Virus record (IMG/VR): IMGVR_UViG_3300005805_000111
Coordinates: 1-56,018 of that record
DNA length: 56,018 nt
DNA from: a virus
Taxonomy: Duplodnaviria; Caudoviricetes
Direction: 5' to 3' (one strand)
Position 1 is the stretch's first letter; every line of letters begins with the position of its first letter. The position numbers and the translations under genes were made by a program. Under the pieces are notes generated by a model that was not told where the DNA came from, searched no databases, and saw nothing but the letters and a program-made list of their open reading frames with translations. This document shows, in pieces, positions 9,218 to 18,886 of the stretch.

Positions 9218-9420
9218 TAGTCACGCCCCAAAAGGAACCCGTAGAAGCCCGCCGATACGCCTGCTACTATTAATCCAGCACCTGGCGTGAAGACCATGGA
9301 AACTCCTATAGACGGTAGAACAACAAAACACACCATTAAAAAGTGTGCTGAAAATTGACGCGAAGTAAGTATAGCAATAATTTTAGCCCACTTTATGGGC
9401 TTTTCGGTGGACTCTGCCAT
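9217..9420 (-). CDS. Small membrane protein preceding the portal
   Basis: Two hydrophobic segments; GGAG SD; stop overlaps portal start (TAATG). Confidence 0.75.
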   Translation of the reverse strand: MAESTEKPIKWAKIIAILTSRQFSAHFLMVCFVVLPSIGVSMVFTPGAGLIVAGVSAGFYGFLLGRD

Positions 9421-9480
9421 TACTATGTCTCCGTTGAGTGAGTTCTTATGCTCTCGTCATCCTACACAACATGAGGTTCA

Positions 9481-10788
9481 TTGGTGACAGACTGGAATAA
9501 GGTACTAGATTATTTACAGCCGAAGGAGCCCCTTTACTGCCCTGAGGAACCATCGCTAACTCAGAAGGTTTTTTTGCGGACTAATCAGTTGGAGGCATTA
9601 TTTGGGGGTGCTGCCGGTGGAGGAAAATCGTCTGCTCTCCTGATGTCGGCACTGCAATATGTAGATGTTCCAGGTTATTCTGCCATTCTTTTTCGTCGTA
9701 CATTTGCCGACTTGGCCTTGCCTGGAGCCCTCATGGACCGTGCCCGTGAGTGGATGTCTAATTATGATGAGGTGCGTTGGAACGCCGTTCAGAACACTTT
9801 TACTTTCCCGTCTGGGGCGCGCGTCACATTCGGCTATCTAAACAACACTAATGATTACCTGCGCTATAAAGGCGCTGAATTTCAATTCATAGGTATGGAT
9901 GAAGTTACAGAAATACGCGAAGCAGACTATCGTTACTTGTTCTCGCGTTTGCGCCGCCCGTCATCTGGCCCCTTGGCAAAAGTTCCGCTCAGGATGCGCT
10001 GCGCCTCGAACCCCGCTCCGAACTGGGTGAGGCAAAGATTCATTATCGAGGGCAAAGAACAGGGAAGAATTTTTGTTCCATCCAAATTGACAGATAATCC
10101 TGGTATCGATGCCAGTTCCTACCGGTCCGCCCTTCAGGCTCTTGATCCGATTGAGCGTCGCCGCCTTGAGGAGGGCGACTGGTGGTCCACCACGCTCGGA
10201 ACAATGTTTGAACGGGAGAACTTTATTCTAGTAGATCCTACGGATATTCCACAGTTAACATCGTCAGCCAGGGCGGTTAGATTCTGGGACCTGGCGGCAA
10301 CGGAACCCTCTTACTCGAACCCGGACCCCGACTACACTGTTGGAACTTTAGTCCTTTTTGATGGTGGCGTCTGTTATGTCGTAGATGTTAAGCGGGCCCG
10401 TGTCAAGTCTGAAAAGGTAGAGTCCCTTATTGCACAGACTGCCGCAGAAGATGGGCCAACCGTTTCGATCCGAATGGAACAGGAACCAGGATCATCTGGC
10501 AAGGCGCTAGCCGACCAGTATGCGCGGTATGTGTTGCCGGGATACGACTTCATGTCATTGCGTGCTACAGGAGATAAGGTGACTCGGGCGAGGCCGTTCG
10601 CGGCCGCCGTCGCAAACGGAAACGTGAGAGTCGTGCGAGGCCCATGGCTAACGCAATGGCTGGACGAGTTCTCGTCTTTCCCAGAGGCGGCCGACCACGA
10701 CGACCAAGTTGACAGCGCCGTGGGAGCATTCACATATTTGACAGGTTTGGGGTTGCCTCAAAGAAAGAGAGCCAGTATCATCATCTAG
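9481..10788 (+). CDS. terL: Terminase large subunit
   Basis: Walker A GGAAGGGKS, Walker B FIGMDE, ASNP coupling motif, nuclease WDLA and HDDQVDS. Confidence 0.96.
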   Translation: MVTDWNKVLDYLQPKEPLYCPEEPSLTQKVFLRTNQLEALFGGAAGGGKSSALLMSALQYVDVPGYSAILFRRTFADLALPGALMDRAREWMSNYDEVRWNAVQNTFTFPSGARVTFGYLNNTNDYLRYKGAEFQFIGMDEVTEIREADYRYLFSRLRRPSSGPLAKVPLRMRCASNPAPNWVRQRFIIEGKEQGRIFVPSKLTDNPGIDASSYRSALQALDPIERRRLEEGDWWSTTLGTMFERENFILVDPTDIPQLTSSARAVRFWDLAATEPSYSNPDPDYTVGTLVLFDGGVCYVVDVKRARVKSEKVESLIAQTAAEDGPTVSIRMEQEPGSSGKALADQYARYVLPGYDFMSLRATGDKVTRARPFAAAVANGNVRVVRGPWLTQWLDEFSSFPEAADHDDQVDSAVGAFTYLTGLGLPQRKRASIII

Positions 10789-10811
10789 ACCAGCCACGGA
10801 GGAGGCTATAA

Positions 10812-11303
10812 ATGGACATAACTGCCTGCATAAACACGATCAGGAAATGCATTCTTGACCTTGACGAACTCGTTAGCAAGGATCTGCAGTCTGCCGAACT
10901 TTCACAACTCTGTGAAACGCTCGTCGATATTCACAGACTCAAAGACGAACTATCCATTGTTTACGCGACCGCAAGCCATATCGCCTCAGAGTCACTGGGA
11001 GAACAGAGCGAACTCCTCCTCAACGATGGGTCACGCATCGAAAAGAAAACATCTTCAGACCGCAAGGCATGGAGACACAAAGAAATCGCATCAATGGTGG
11101 CACGAAGACTTTCCTCGTTAGCGGTTGACATGGATACCGGCGAACGCGTAATGTCAATGGAGGAGGTGGCTGAACGAGTCCTAGATTACGTTCAGCCGTC
11201 ATACTGGAGAGTAAAACAACTATCTGAACTCGGCATCAACGCAGACGACTACTGCGAAGTCGGGGAAACGAAGACAAACCTAATCATCAGAAAGGCAAAG
11301 TGA
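10812..11303 (+). CDS. Hypothetical protein
   Basis: GGAGG SD; stop overlaps the next start. Confidence 0.8.
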   Translation: MDITACINTIRKCILDLDELVSKDLQSAELSQLCETLVDIHRLKDELSIVYATASHIASESLGEQSELLLNDGSRIEKKTSSDRKAWRHKEIASMVARRLSSLAVDMDTGERVMSMEEVAERVLDYVQPSYWRVKQLSELGINADDYCEVGETKTNLIIRKAK

Positions 11304-12031
11304 TGGCAGCAAAGGCAACCACAAAGACCGACGAAACCACTGAAGTCAAGTCGGCTCCCCAAAGCGACAACAGCACACTGTTCGCTGAACTAAGCGCACC
11401 CTTCCCCCCCGGTGTTGAGCGCGCTCTTAGCAAGGGCGGCACCACGTTGACATACATCCCGGTCAGCGAAGTAATCAATCGGCTTAATCGGGTAGTTGGT
11501 GTTGACAACTGGTCTTCGGAGATTATCCGCTGCGAGCGTGACGCACTTGATCCCGACTTCATTGTCGCTCATGTGAGGCTCACAATCAGAGGAACAAAGC
11601 CCAACGGAGCAGACCACAATATCTGGAAAGATGGACTTGGAGGACAAAAGATCAAGCGCACACGCGACGGGTCGATTGTCGATCTTGGCGACGAGTTCAA
11701 GGGTGCCGTGTCGGATGCCCTCAAAAAGGCCGCCCAGCAGTTGGGAATCGGACTGTATCTTGCGCGTTCCGAAGAGGCACTATTGATGGATGCGAAAGCA
11801 GATGTCGACCCGGAGGTGGATGCACTCTGGGAGCAGTTCACCTCTCTTGCAAAGAGTCTTGACGCAGACGGTCGTACCGCACTGAACAAGCATTGGGCGG
11901 ACATGAGCGGTAACGCACCCAAGCCTCGCCGTGAAACCGCCGACGCAGCCACGCTTATCGCCCTTATCGATGAGTGCATCCGCATCACTGTTGGTGGCAA
12001 TTTTGAAAGCGATGTTGCGGATGGCTCTTGA
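11300..12031 (+). CDS. Rad52/Rad22-family (Sak-like) ssDNA annealing recombinase
   Basis: LTYIPVSEVINRLNRVVGVDNWS and FKGAVSDALKKAAQQLGIGLYL. Confidence 0.88.
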   Translation: MMAAKATTKTDETTEVKSAPQSDNSTLFAELSAPFPPGVERALSKGGTTLTYIPVSEVINRLNRVVGVDNWSSEIIRCERDALDPDFIVAHVRLTIRGTKPNGADHNIWKDGLGGQKIKRTRDGSIVDLGDEFKGAVSDALKKAAQQLGIGLYLARSEEALLMDAKADVDPEVDALWEQFTSLAKSLDADGRTALNKHWADMSGNAPKPRRETADAATLIALIDECIRITVGGNFESDVADGS

Positions 12032-12785
12032 GCCGCCGCCGTATCTTTCGCCTTCATCAATAGCAACTTTTAGGCAGTGTCCACTGCGCTTTAAGTACAA
12101 CAAGATTGATGGTATGCGTGAGCCTGACACAGAGGCAACGATCATGGGGACTTTTGTCCATCAAATTTTGGAGATCGTCTTCAAACTTGACTCAAAGTCT
12201 CGAACCATAGATGCAGCAAAGAGCATTGCGTCGTCCCTATGGAACGATGGCGAATGGCAGGCGCGCGTTGCCGAAGTGATCGGTTCAGAGGCGGCTCGCT
12301 TACGCGAGTTTCGCTGGAAGTCTTGGTGGTGCGTGGAGAACTACTTCGCCATCGAAGATCCGTCTAGCGTTCATCCATCCGGCATTGAACACGAGGTCAA
12401 CGACACTATCGCCGGGGTGCCCATCAAGGGGTTCGTGGACCGATGGGTGGACAACGATGATGGTCTAGTCATCTCTGACTACAAGACAGGGAAAACTCCA
12501 GCCCAAAAATATCGTTCCGACAAGTTTATTCAGTTGCTGATCTATGCAATTCTGCTTGAACAGGAGACTGGACGCCCTGCACGAAAACTGGAACTTCTGT
12601 ACCTTAAGGACGGGACGCTCCTTTCTAGTGATATAGACCGGCGAAGCATTGAGTCGGTAAAAACAATGATCTCAGGAGTTCATGGCGACATTCTGGCGCG
12701 CTGTGACCGGGAGTCATTTGAACCAAAAACATCGGTACTGTGCGGTTGGTGCAGTTTTAAGCCAATCTGTCCAGCCTGGAAATAG
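12021..12785 (+). CDS. PD-(D/E)xK RecB/AddB/Cas4-like exonuclease with 4-Cys Fe-S motif
   Basis: LSPSSI..FRQCP, GTFVH, GFVDR, DYKTGK, QLLIYA, CGWCSFKPIC; likely start ATG 12021. Confidence 0.9.
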   Translation: MALEPPPYLSPSSIATFRQCPLRFKYNKIDGMREPDTEATIMGTFVHQILEIVFKLDSKSRTIDAAKSIASSLWNDGEWQARVAEVIGSEAARLREFRWKSWWCVENYFAIEDPSSVHPSGIEHEVNDTIAGVPIKGFVDRWVDNDDGLVISDYKTGKTPAQKYRSDKFIQLLIYAILLEQETGRPARKLELLYLKDGTLLSSDIDRRSIESVKTMISGVHGDILARCDRESFEPKTSVLCGWCSFKPICPAWK

Positions 12786-12798
12786 GAGAAAAATAAAA

Positions 12799-13302
12799 AT
12801 GAATGATGATGCCTTTGCACGGCTTGTAGCCGAAGAAGTTAAGAACAATGTGTCCAATGCTCAGCGCGAATACCTGATGCTTCCTGACAATCGAAATCGT
12901 TGGGAGCGCGCGCTTCGCGCTCTGCTAGACAACCTGGACAGTCAGATCGCAAACATCAATAGGCAACGCGCCGATGAGATTGCCAGGTATGAGGCGATGG
13001 GCGATGAAGGGTTTAAACTTGTCGCAGAAGCGGCAAGTAGCCATGATCACCGGTCAAAAAAGATCTCTCGTTTCCGCTTCTATGTTGAGTCAAGGCTAGA
13101 CGAAGTAAGCCGTCTCATTGCGATGGGTTCTGATGATGACGAAGAAAAGGTTGCGTTCGTTCAGTTCCTTAGGTCGGCCATTGCCACGCACAAGAAAATG
13201 CTTGAGGAAAATGACCTTGAGCCAACAAGTATTGATGTTGCCCTGTGGGATGCCCTCGATGGCGTCTGGTCATTTGATAGCGTGGATCTGAGTGATCTGT
13301 GA
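12799..13302 (+). CDS. Hypothetical alpha-helical protein
   Basis: AGGAGA SD before ATG 12799; coupled to the next gene. Confidence 0.75.
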   Translation: MNDDAFARLVAEEVKNNVSNAQREYLMLPDNRNRWERALRALLDNLDSQIANINRQRADEIARYEAMGDEGFKLVAEAASSHDHRSKKISRFRFYVESRLDEVSRLIAMGSDDDEEKVAFVQFLRSAIATHKKMLEENDLEPTSIDVALWDALDGVWSFDSVDLSDL

Positions 13303-14369
13303 TGAAAATTGGAATTGCCTCTACTGACTGGTCTAGAAGTCTTTTTGACTCCACTGGAATGAATGTTCCTGGTGGCGCAAATTGGGTGCGCCTTCAACAG
13401 ATGCGCCCATATCTAGGGCACACTTCCGCTACTGGGTGGCTTGTCTGGCAGGACGAACTTGGTTTCGGCGTCAGTAACGGCAAGGACAAATTTGCTTTTG
13501 ATTTTGATGTTCTTGTGATGCAAAGAATTATGTTTAAGAATCTGGTTGGACAACTAGAGAAGTATCGCGATAAGAATCCGCGCACCTACATTATTAACGA
13601 TGTAGATGACTGGTACTGGGGTCTTGACCCCAGGAACGCCGCGTATTCAATGACGCGCCCAGAGAACAATCGTGAAGAAAATATCGACCACTATCGGAGA
13701 ATTCTGGAACTTTCTGACATGGTAACTGTGTCAACGCCGTTTCTTAAAACCGCGATTGAGCAACAATTTGGTCATAGCAATGTTCATATCATTGAAAACT
13801 GCATAACGGTTAAAGACTTTACTCAAAGGGCATTTACCGGCAAGCAACCAATTATCGGCTGGGTCGGCTCCACCAATCATCGCAGCGGTGACCTAGAGGA
13901 ACTATATGGAATATTCAACAACTCTTTTCGATTTCATCACAGTGGACATTACGGTTCGGAAAATAAATTTGCTAAGGCTCTCGGATTAAAGAGTTCTCGT
14001 GTTTCTCGTAGTCCGATGCGTCCACCTTTGGAATATGCAAAGATGTCGTTCTGTTTCGATATTGGATTAGCCCCATTATCTAATATCGAGTTCAATCATG
14101 CTAAATCGTGGATTAAATTGATTGAATATGCCGCGTGCGGGATACCGTTTGTTGCGTCGCCGCTCCCTGAATACATTCGTCTCGTAGAAAAACTTGGAGT
14201 TGGACGAATTGCATACGATTCAGTTGATTGGCTTAAGCATGTTTCAGAACTGCATGACACTGATATAAGAATTAACGAGGGACTTCTTTTAAGGGAGCGA
14301 GTTAGTGAACTGTTAGATGTTAAGGTTATGGCCGCGCGCTGGCTGGATGTGGTATCTTCGGCCTTGTGA
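13299..14369 (+). CDS. Glycosyltransferase (GT-B, GT4-like)
   Basis: DVDD, VTVSTPFL, IGWVGS..H..DL, DIGLAPL...FNHAKSWIKLIEYAACGIPFVASP. Confidence 0.85.
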   Translation: MMKIGIASTDWSRSLFDSTGMNVPGGANWVRLQQMRPYLGHTSATGWLVWQDELGFGVSNGKDKFAFDFDVLVMQRIMFKNLVGQLEKYRDKNPRTYIINDVDDWYWGLDPRNAAYSMTRPENNREENIDHYRRILELSDMVTVSTPFLKTAIEQQFGHSNVHIIENCITVKDFTQRAFTGKQPIIGWVGSTNHRSGDLEELYGIFNNSFRFHHSGHYGSENKFAKALGLKSSRVSRSPMRPPLEYAKMSFCFDIGLAPLSNIEFNHAKSWIKLIEYAACGIPFVASPLPEYIRLVEKLGVGRIAYDSVDWLKHVSELHDTDIRINEGLLLRERVSELLDVKVMAARWLDVVSSAL

Positions 14370-14665
14370 AAAAGAGGTCTAAAAAGCAGGAGGCTCTATA
14401 CAACCAGCGCAGGCCGCTTGTCAAAAGACTTTTAGAAGAGCGCGAATGGTGCGAAGCGTGCCCTATCTTTGCAAGTTATGACGGCAGAGTCACCTATGTC
14501 AGAAACCGCTCAATGGACATCCACGAATTGGTCCGCAGGTCACAGGGCGGATCTATACTAGATATAGATAATTTGCTTGCTGTTTGTCGCCCCTGTCATC
14601 GGCGGATAGGTAATTACCCTAAACTCGCATTCGAACTTGGTTTGGCTAAGCACGCCTGGGAATAG
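14366..14665 (+). CDS. HNH endonuclease (possibly packaging-associated)
   Basis: CEAC...DIHELVRRSQGG..LDIDNLLAVCRPCH. Confidence 0.88.
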   Translation: MKKRSKKQEALYNQRRPLVKRLLEEREWCEACPIFASYDGRVTYVRNRSMDIHELVRRSQGGSILDIDNLLAVCRPCHRRIGNYPKLAFELGLAKHAWE

Positions 14666-14690
14666 TCGGGCAAAAACTGGGGGGCAAATA

Positions 14691-14699
14691 TGATAAAAT
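14691..14699 (+). promoter_or_regulatory. Putative extended -10 promoter of the neck operon
   Basis: TGATAAAAT in the intergenic gap upstream of an AAGGAG SD. Confidence 0.5.
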
Positions 14700-14719
14700 G
14701 TTTTCTGTAAAGGAGTTTT

Positions 14720-14890
14720 ATGATTCCCCGTCAAGACGAAGACGAAGAGCCTGACCAGGACCGAAATAATGAAGACGAGGGCCGCATTGGTCGTCGTCGT
14801 CCTGGACTGATTCGACGCGCCGCTGGTCGTGCTCTTCGCGCTGCCGCCAGGGCGGCTGATAGGCGACGAGCAAGACGAAACCGTAGGTAG
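14720..14890 (+). CDS. Small 56-aa acidic/Arg-rich protein (not in ORF track)
   Basis: AAGGAG SD; MIPRQDEDEEPDQDRNNEDEGRIGRRRPGLIRRAAGRALRAAARAADRRRARRNRR*; fills the gap up to the next gene. Confidence 0.8.
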   Translation: MIPRQDEDEEPDQDRNNEDEGRIGRRRPGLIRRAAGRALRAAARAADRRRARRNRR

Positions 14891-14895
14891 GGCAA

Positions 14896-15519
14896 ATGCT
14901 GGTTTCAGTAGATGAACTTGTTAGATACATGGATATCCGCTTCAGCAATACCCAAGAGGACGCTGCCGGATATGTCTTAGAGGGTCTCCAGCATGAGTTG
15001 GAGAGTTATCTTCGTCGCCCGATTGAGGTTCTTGATCGGGAAGAAAAGCATGTGATTCAAGGGACGATGATTGGCATGCCAACTTCTTCGTTTTTCTATG
15101 ACGCTAGCCTTGACACTACGCTGAATACAGGGTTTTTTATGGTTCAGCCTCCGGTAACTATCTATCTGGATAACACTCCAGTCGTTTCTGTTGATTCGTT
15201 GACGCTCACTAATCCTGATGGCGTGGCAACCCCGCAGCAAGAGGGCAGAGACTTTGTCGTTCAGCGTTATGGGGTGGATCTTTTCAGGGGATACCCAAAT
15301 GACCTTGTTACTATTAACTATAGTGGCGGCCTGGATGGAGATTCCTATTCCGTTTTTCGCCTAATGATTCTCCGTGCCGCAGCAAGAGAAATGCAGAACA
15401 TGCACGACGATGTGGTCGGCATCAAGGACCTGAATCCTCGTGATGTTGCCCCCCTACAAACAGGCTTCCTTGACAGTGAACTGCGCGTACTTAAGCGCTA
15501 TAAAAGAATGATGATCTAA
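14896..15519 (+). CDS. Head-tail adaptor/connector
   Basis: LVSVDELVRYM..., ELESYLRRPI, VTINYSGG, LKRYKR pattern and position. Confidence 0.7.
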   Translation: MLVSVDELVRYMDIRFSNTQEDAAGYVLEGLQHELESYLRRPIEVLDREEKHVIQGTMIGMPTSSFFYDASLDTTLNTGFFMVQPPVTIYLDNTPVVSVDSLTLTNPDGVATPQQEGRDFVVQRYGVDLFRGYPNDLVTINYSGGLDGDSYSVFRLMILRAAAREMQNMHDDVVGIKDLNPRDVAPLQTGFLDSELRVLKRYKRMMI

Positions 15520-15980
15520 TGTCACGAGTCAAGGTTGACGTCGACGTTGACGGCGCCAAGGAAACGATTGCTTATCTTCAGGGCATGAAGATACGGATGG
15601 ACGACCATCGTGTTCCTTTTGCCGGTGCCCGACAGTTGCTTGCTGCGGCTAATTCGGAGAACTTTGCTTCCAATGGTCTGCCAGTTGGGGGATGGGCTCC
15701 GCTCGACGCCCAATATGCGGCGTGGAAAGCAGTCAGATACCCCGGCGCCCCGCCTCTTATTCAGGAAGGGCAACTGTTCAGGAGTCTGATTACTCTGACT
15801 GGCGGCGTGAATTCCATCGGCAAAACAACGGCAGAGTTCGGCACAAATATTAAATACGCAAAGTTCCACCAATATGGAACCACTAAGATGCCTAAGCGAG
15901 AGATCGTATTTGAACCAGCGGGCTTTTCTGCACTTTTGGCTGAGCGCGTAGCAAAATGGACAGCAGACGGGTTGATCTAA
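15519..15980 (+). CDS. Virion morphogenesis / tail completion protein (Mu gpG/P2 gpS-like)
   Basis: WAPL...Y..WK, GTNIKYAKFHQYGTTKMPKR. Confidence 0.8.
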   Translation: MSRVKVDVDVDGAKETIAYLQGMKIRMDDHRVPFAGARQLLAAANSENFASNGLPVGGWAPLDAQYAAWKAVRYPGAPPLIQEGQLFRSLITLTGGVNSIGKTTAEFGTNIKYAKFHQYGTTKMPKREIVFEPAGFSALLAERVAKWTADGLI

Positions 15981-15981
15981 A

Positions 15982-16641
15982 GTGCAGGGCGCCCATCTCG
16001 CAAAGTCGTTTGTAACATCATATTTGGAAAGCGACATCCCAAGTCGTATCGACAATTATCGGTATGGTCGTCTTGTTGGGACGAACTGGAACGTTGATAA
16101 CGAGACGCTTCCAGAGCCAGTTACTTTCTTAAGTTATGAACCAGTTGCCCTCGATAGATGGCCAATGGTTATTACGGTTGCAATTTCGGCTAGCAATTTC
16201 GTTCGTGGTGATTACGGTCCATCGCTTGACCCTATTTATAACATTACCTATTCAATGCGTACATATGTTTGGGCTCGCGCTAACGGAACCGAGGAATGCA
16301 CGATAATGCGAGACAGACTGATTACGGTCATCCGTGCCGCGCTTCTCGACTATCCCTGCTTAAAGGCAAATAAGCCAGCCGAATATCTTGAGGTGATGAT
16401 TGACGACACGACAATGCGAGAAGAGTACTCAGATCTCACGCCGATCAAGGGTGAAAGGTATTTGGCTGGGGCTTATATTGGCTATGACATGGTTGTCAGA
16501 GAGGTAATTACCCGAAAGACGCTCGGCACAGCCGACGAATTTGATCTCGATCCTGTTGTTCTACCGCCCGATGAGGGGTTGCCGGACTGCGACAATGAAG
16601 AAAATATGACCGACTTGGAAATCGAAATAAATGAAATTTAA
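15982..16641 (+). CDS. Putative tail terminator/neck protein
   Basis: Position between morphogenesis gene and sheath; no strong motif. Confidence 0.5.
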   Translation: MQGAHLAKSFVTSYLESDIPSRIDNYRYGRLVGTNWNVDNETLPEPVTFLSYEPVALDRWPMVITVAISASNFVRGDYGPSLDPIYNITYSMRTYVWARANGTEECTIMRDRLITVIRAALLDYPCLKANKPAEYLEVMIDDTTMREEYSDLTPIKGERYLAGAYIGYDMVVREVITRKTLGTADEFDLDPVVLPPDEGLPDCDNEENMTDLEIEINEI

Positions 16642-16769
16642 TAAGTTTTTCTTAAACTGCTACACTTGCACCGTACTGCCGTCCTGCCATGTAGCATTGT
16701 ATGGCGGCTTCAGTTTATAGCCCCAACAATATTGAGCATTGTTCCCCAAACTACTCGATATTCATGGGC

Positions 16770-16775
16770 TATAAT
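16770..16775 (+). promoter_or_regulatory. Putative -10 (TATAAT) upstream of the sheath gene
   Basis: Consensus hexamer in a 176-bp intergenic region. Confidence 0.45.
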
Positions 16776-16817
16776 GAAAAGCAATAACATTCGATCATTT
16801 TTCGGAAGGAACAACCA

Positions 16818-18308
16818 ATGCCTGGTGTAGTGGTAACAACGGCGGTTCGTACTGGGCCGACTGTTCCAAACCTTCAGCCCTCGTCGACTTTCTTTATAGT
16901 CGGAGAGGCAGAGCGCGGACCCACTGATCGTGCGCTGCTGGTTACTAGCCTCGAAGAGTTCGAGGACTTTTATGGCGGCTTCGTATCCTACGGGCATCTC
17001 CACCCTCAGGTTCAAGCATTCTTTGAAGAGGGCGGCGCCCGCTGCTACGTGAGTCGTGTCGTTGGGGCTAGCCCGAGCGCCTCCTCCGGTGATATAGAGG
17101 TTGGAACCAAGACTCTGAACACCGCTGGTGGATCCCCTGCGATCACCCTTACCGCAGTCGGTGCTGGCGATTGGTCAGAAAACCTTGAGGTGTCCGTGAC
17201 TGCTCTCGGTTCTGGCTTTGCCATCAAGTTGTTCCTGAACGACGATCAAGTTTATTCGACGGGCGAGTGCAATAACGCTGAGCGTGCCGTCAACCGAATC
17301 AACGCATCTGTAATTGCTGCCAGGTATATTACGGCATCACTTCCTGGGGCTGGAAGCCTTGTGCCCGCTGTTGCCGCCTCCTCGGCATTCTCTGCCGGAG
17401 ACGACAACCGGGGTGCAATCACTGTTGACAACTACACGGAAGCGCTGACTCTGTTCACGGAGAATCTTGGAGCAGGGGCAGTCGCCGCACCCGATATTGT
17501 CAACGATGGCTTTAACATGGCCGAAGTGCACGAAGCGCTCATTACCCATGCCAAGGATAACAACCGGGTTGCTCTGTGCTCGTTCCCGCTGTCCTACTCC
17601 GCAGATGACGCCATCGGCTCGATGTCCGACTATGCTGAACTTGACGGCTCTCAGAACGCAGCCTTCTTCTGGCCATATGTGAGCGCAAACCGCGCACCGA
17701 ACACGCCGATTACCATGTCGCCAGAGGGCTATGTGGCCGCAAAGCGATCGGTTGCGTTCAATGCTCGTGGACCCTGGGCTCCGTATGCTGGTCTCCTGTC
17801 TGAGGCTTCATACGTGACTGGGTTGACTACATCTGTCGGAAAGACGGTCGGCAATCAACTCGACGATGCTCGCGTGAACGCTCTTCGCTTCATCAATGGA
17901 CGAGTTCGGGTCTATGGTGCCCGCTCGGCTTCGTCTGACGAAGACAATTTCCGCTACATCACCGCTCAGGAAACCCTGAATTACATCATCACTGAGTCGG
18001 AAAATCGTCTTGAGGACCTGGTCTTTACGGCAATCGATGGACGCGGAGTGCTGTTTGGTCAGATTGAGGCCCGCCTGCGTGCGCTTCTTGATCCGATCCG
18101 CCAGGCTGGCGGCCTGTATGAGGCGTTTGATGCCCTTGGTGAGCGGATTGACTATGGCTACACGGTCGTCGTCAACGATGCCATCAACCCCGCCTACCAG
18201 TTGGCTCAGGGTGTTGTCCGGGCCAAGGTTGGTGTTCGTATCTCAAGCGTTGGCGATCAGATAGTTGTCAACGTTACTAAGTCCAACCTAACCGCATCAG
18301 TGACCTGA
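16818..18308 (+). CDS. Contractile tail sheath protein
   Basis: MPGVVV, GEAERGP, FFEEGGARCYVSRV, AAFFWPYV, RGPWAPYAG, VRVYGARS, LVFTAID. Confidence 0.93.
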   Translation: MPGVVVTTAVRTGPTVPNLQPSSTFFIVGEAERGPTDRALLVTSLEEFEDFYGGFVSYGHLHPQVQAFFEEGGARCYVSRVVGASPSASSGDIEVGTKTLNTAGGSPAITLTAVGAGDWSENLEVSVTALGSGFAIKLFLNDDQVYSTGECNNAERAVNRINASVIAARYITASLPGAGSLVPAVAASSAFSAGDDNRGAITVDNYTEALTLFTENLGAGAVAAPDIVNDGFNMAEVHEALITHAKDNNRVALCSFPLSYSADDAIGSMSDYAELDGSQNAAFFWPYVSANRAPNTPITMSPEGYVAAKRSVAFNARGPWAPYAGLLSEASYVTGLTTSVGKTVGNQLDDARVNALRFINGRVRVYGARSASSDEDNFRYITAQETLNYIITESENRLEDLVFTAIDGRGVLFGQIEARLRALLDPIRQAGGLYEAFDALGERIDYGYTVVVNDAINPAYQLAQGVVRAKVGVRISSVGDQIVVNVTKSNLTASVT

Positions 18309-18321
18309 TAAGGAGTATTAA

Positions 18322-18783
18322 GTGGCAAAGATAGCACAGCGGCAAGTACTCGCCCAGATCGTTCCTAACCGGGAGCGTGGGGCAGAGCGTGGTCCTGATG
18401 TTCCTGGATATTTTGCTCAGGTTTCCGGGGGCGAAATTACCGCATCTGTAGAAAAAATTTATGTTGGTGGAACGAACTTCCCTGAGGTGCTCTGCGCACC
18501 TGCGGAAATTGGCGACATCACTTTGACCAAGCATTTCGATGACGATGAGGTCATTGGAGACAAGCCCTATCTGGCAAAGTTGCGTCAGATGGTTGGGCGA
18601 GTCTTTTATGACATCACCGTTTTCACCACCGACTGTGACCTGCGCCAGCCGGGCTCTGACCGGGTTTATCCTGCCTGCCTGCTGGTTGGGATCAGCGAGC
18701 CGGACGGAGATTCGTCTTCTGGCGCACCTGCGGTGTTTGCCTTGACTTTCGCCGTTTCTTCGGTGTCGGTGCCCGCTAACTGA
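18322..18783 (+). CDS. Tail tube protein
   Basis: Follows sheath; YFAQVSGGEI, GDITLTK; 153 aa. Confidence 0.8.
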   Translation: MAKIAQRQVLAQIVPNRERGAERGPDVPGYFAQVSGGEITASVEKIYVGGTNFPEVLCAPAEIGDITLTKHFDDDEVIGDKPYLAKLRQMVGRVFYDITVFTTDCDLRQPGSDRVYPACLLVGISEPDGDSSSGAPAVFALTFAVSSVSVPAN

Positions 18784-18789
18784 CAGTTT

Positions 18790-18830
18790 GCCCCCGGCTT
18801 TTCATGGCTCACGACTGAGGAGCCGGGGGC
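18790..18830 (+). terminator. GC-rich hairpin after the tube gene
   Basis: gcccccggct ... agccgggggc is a perfect 10-bp inverted repeat; no clear U-tract on the plus strand. Confidence 0.55.
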
Positions 18831-18886
18831 TAAAAATATAGCAATACCTTCCCTAAACTAGACTTACTGTGCTAACCTACTGACCT

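Noticed and set aside
9481-10788. Intein or intron in the terminase
   Set aside because: Normal length with contiguous ATPase and nuclease motifs.
12021-12785. Cas4 as evidence of a CRISPR-Cas system
   Set aside because: No other cas genes or array; adjacency to a Sak-like annealase fits a recombination nuclease.
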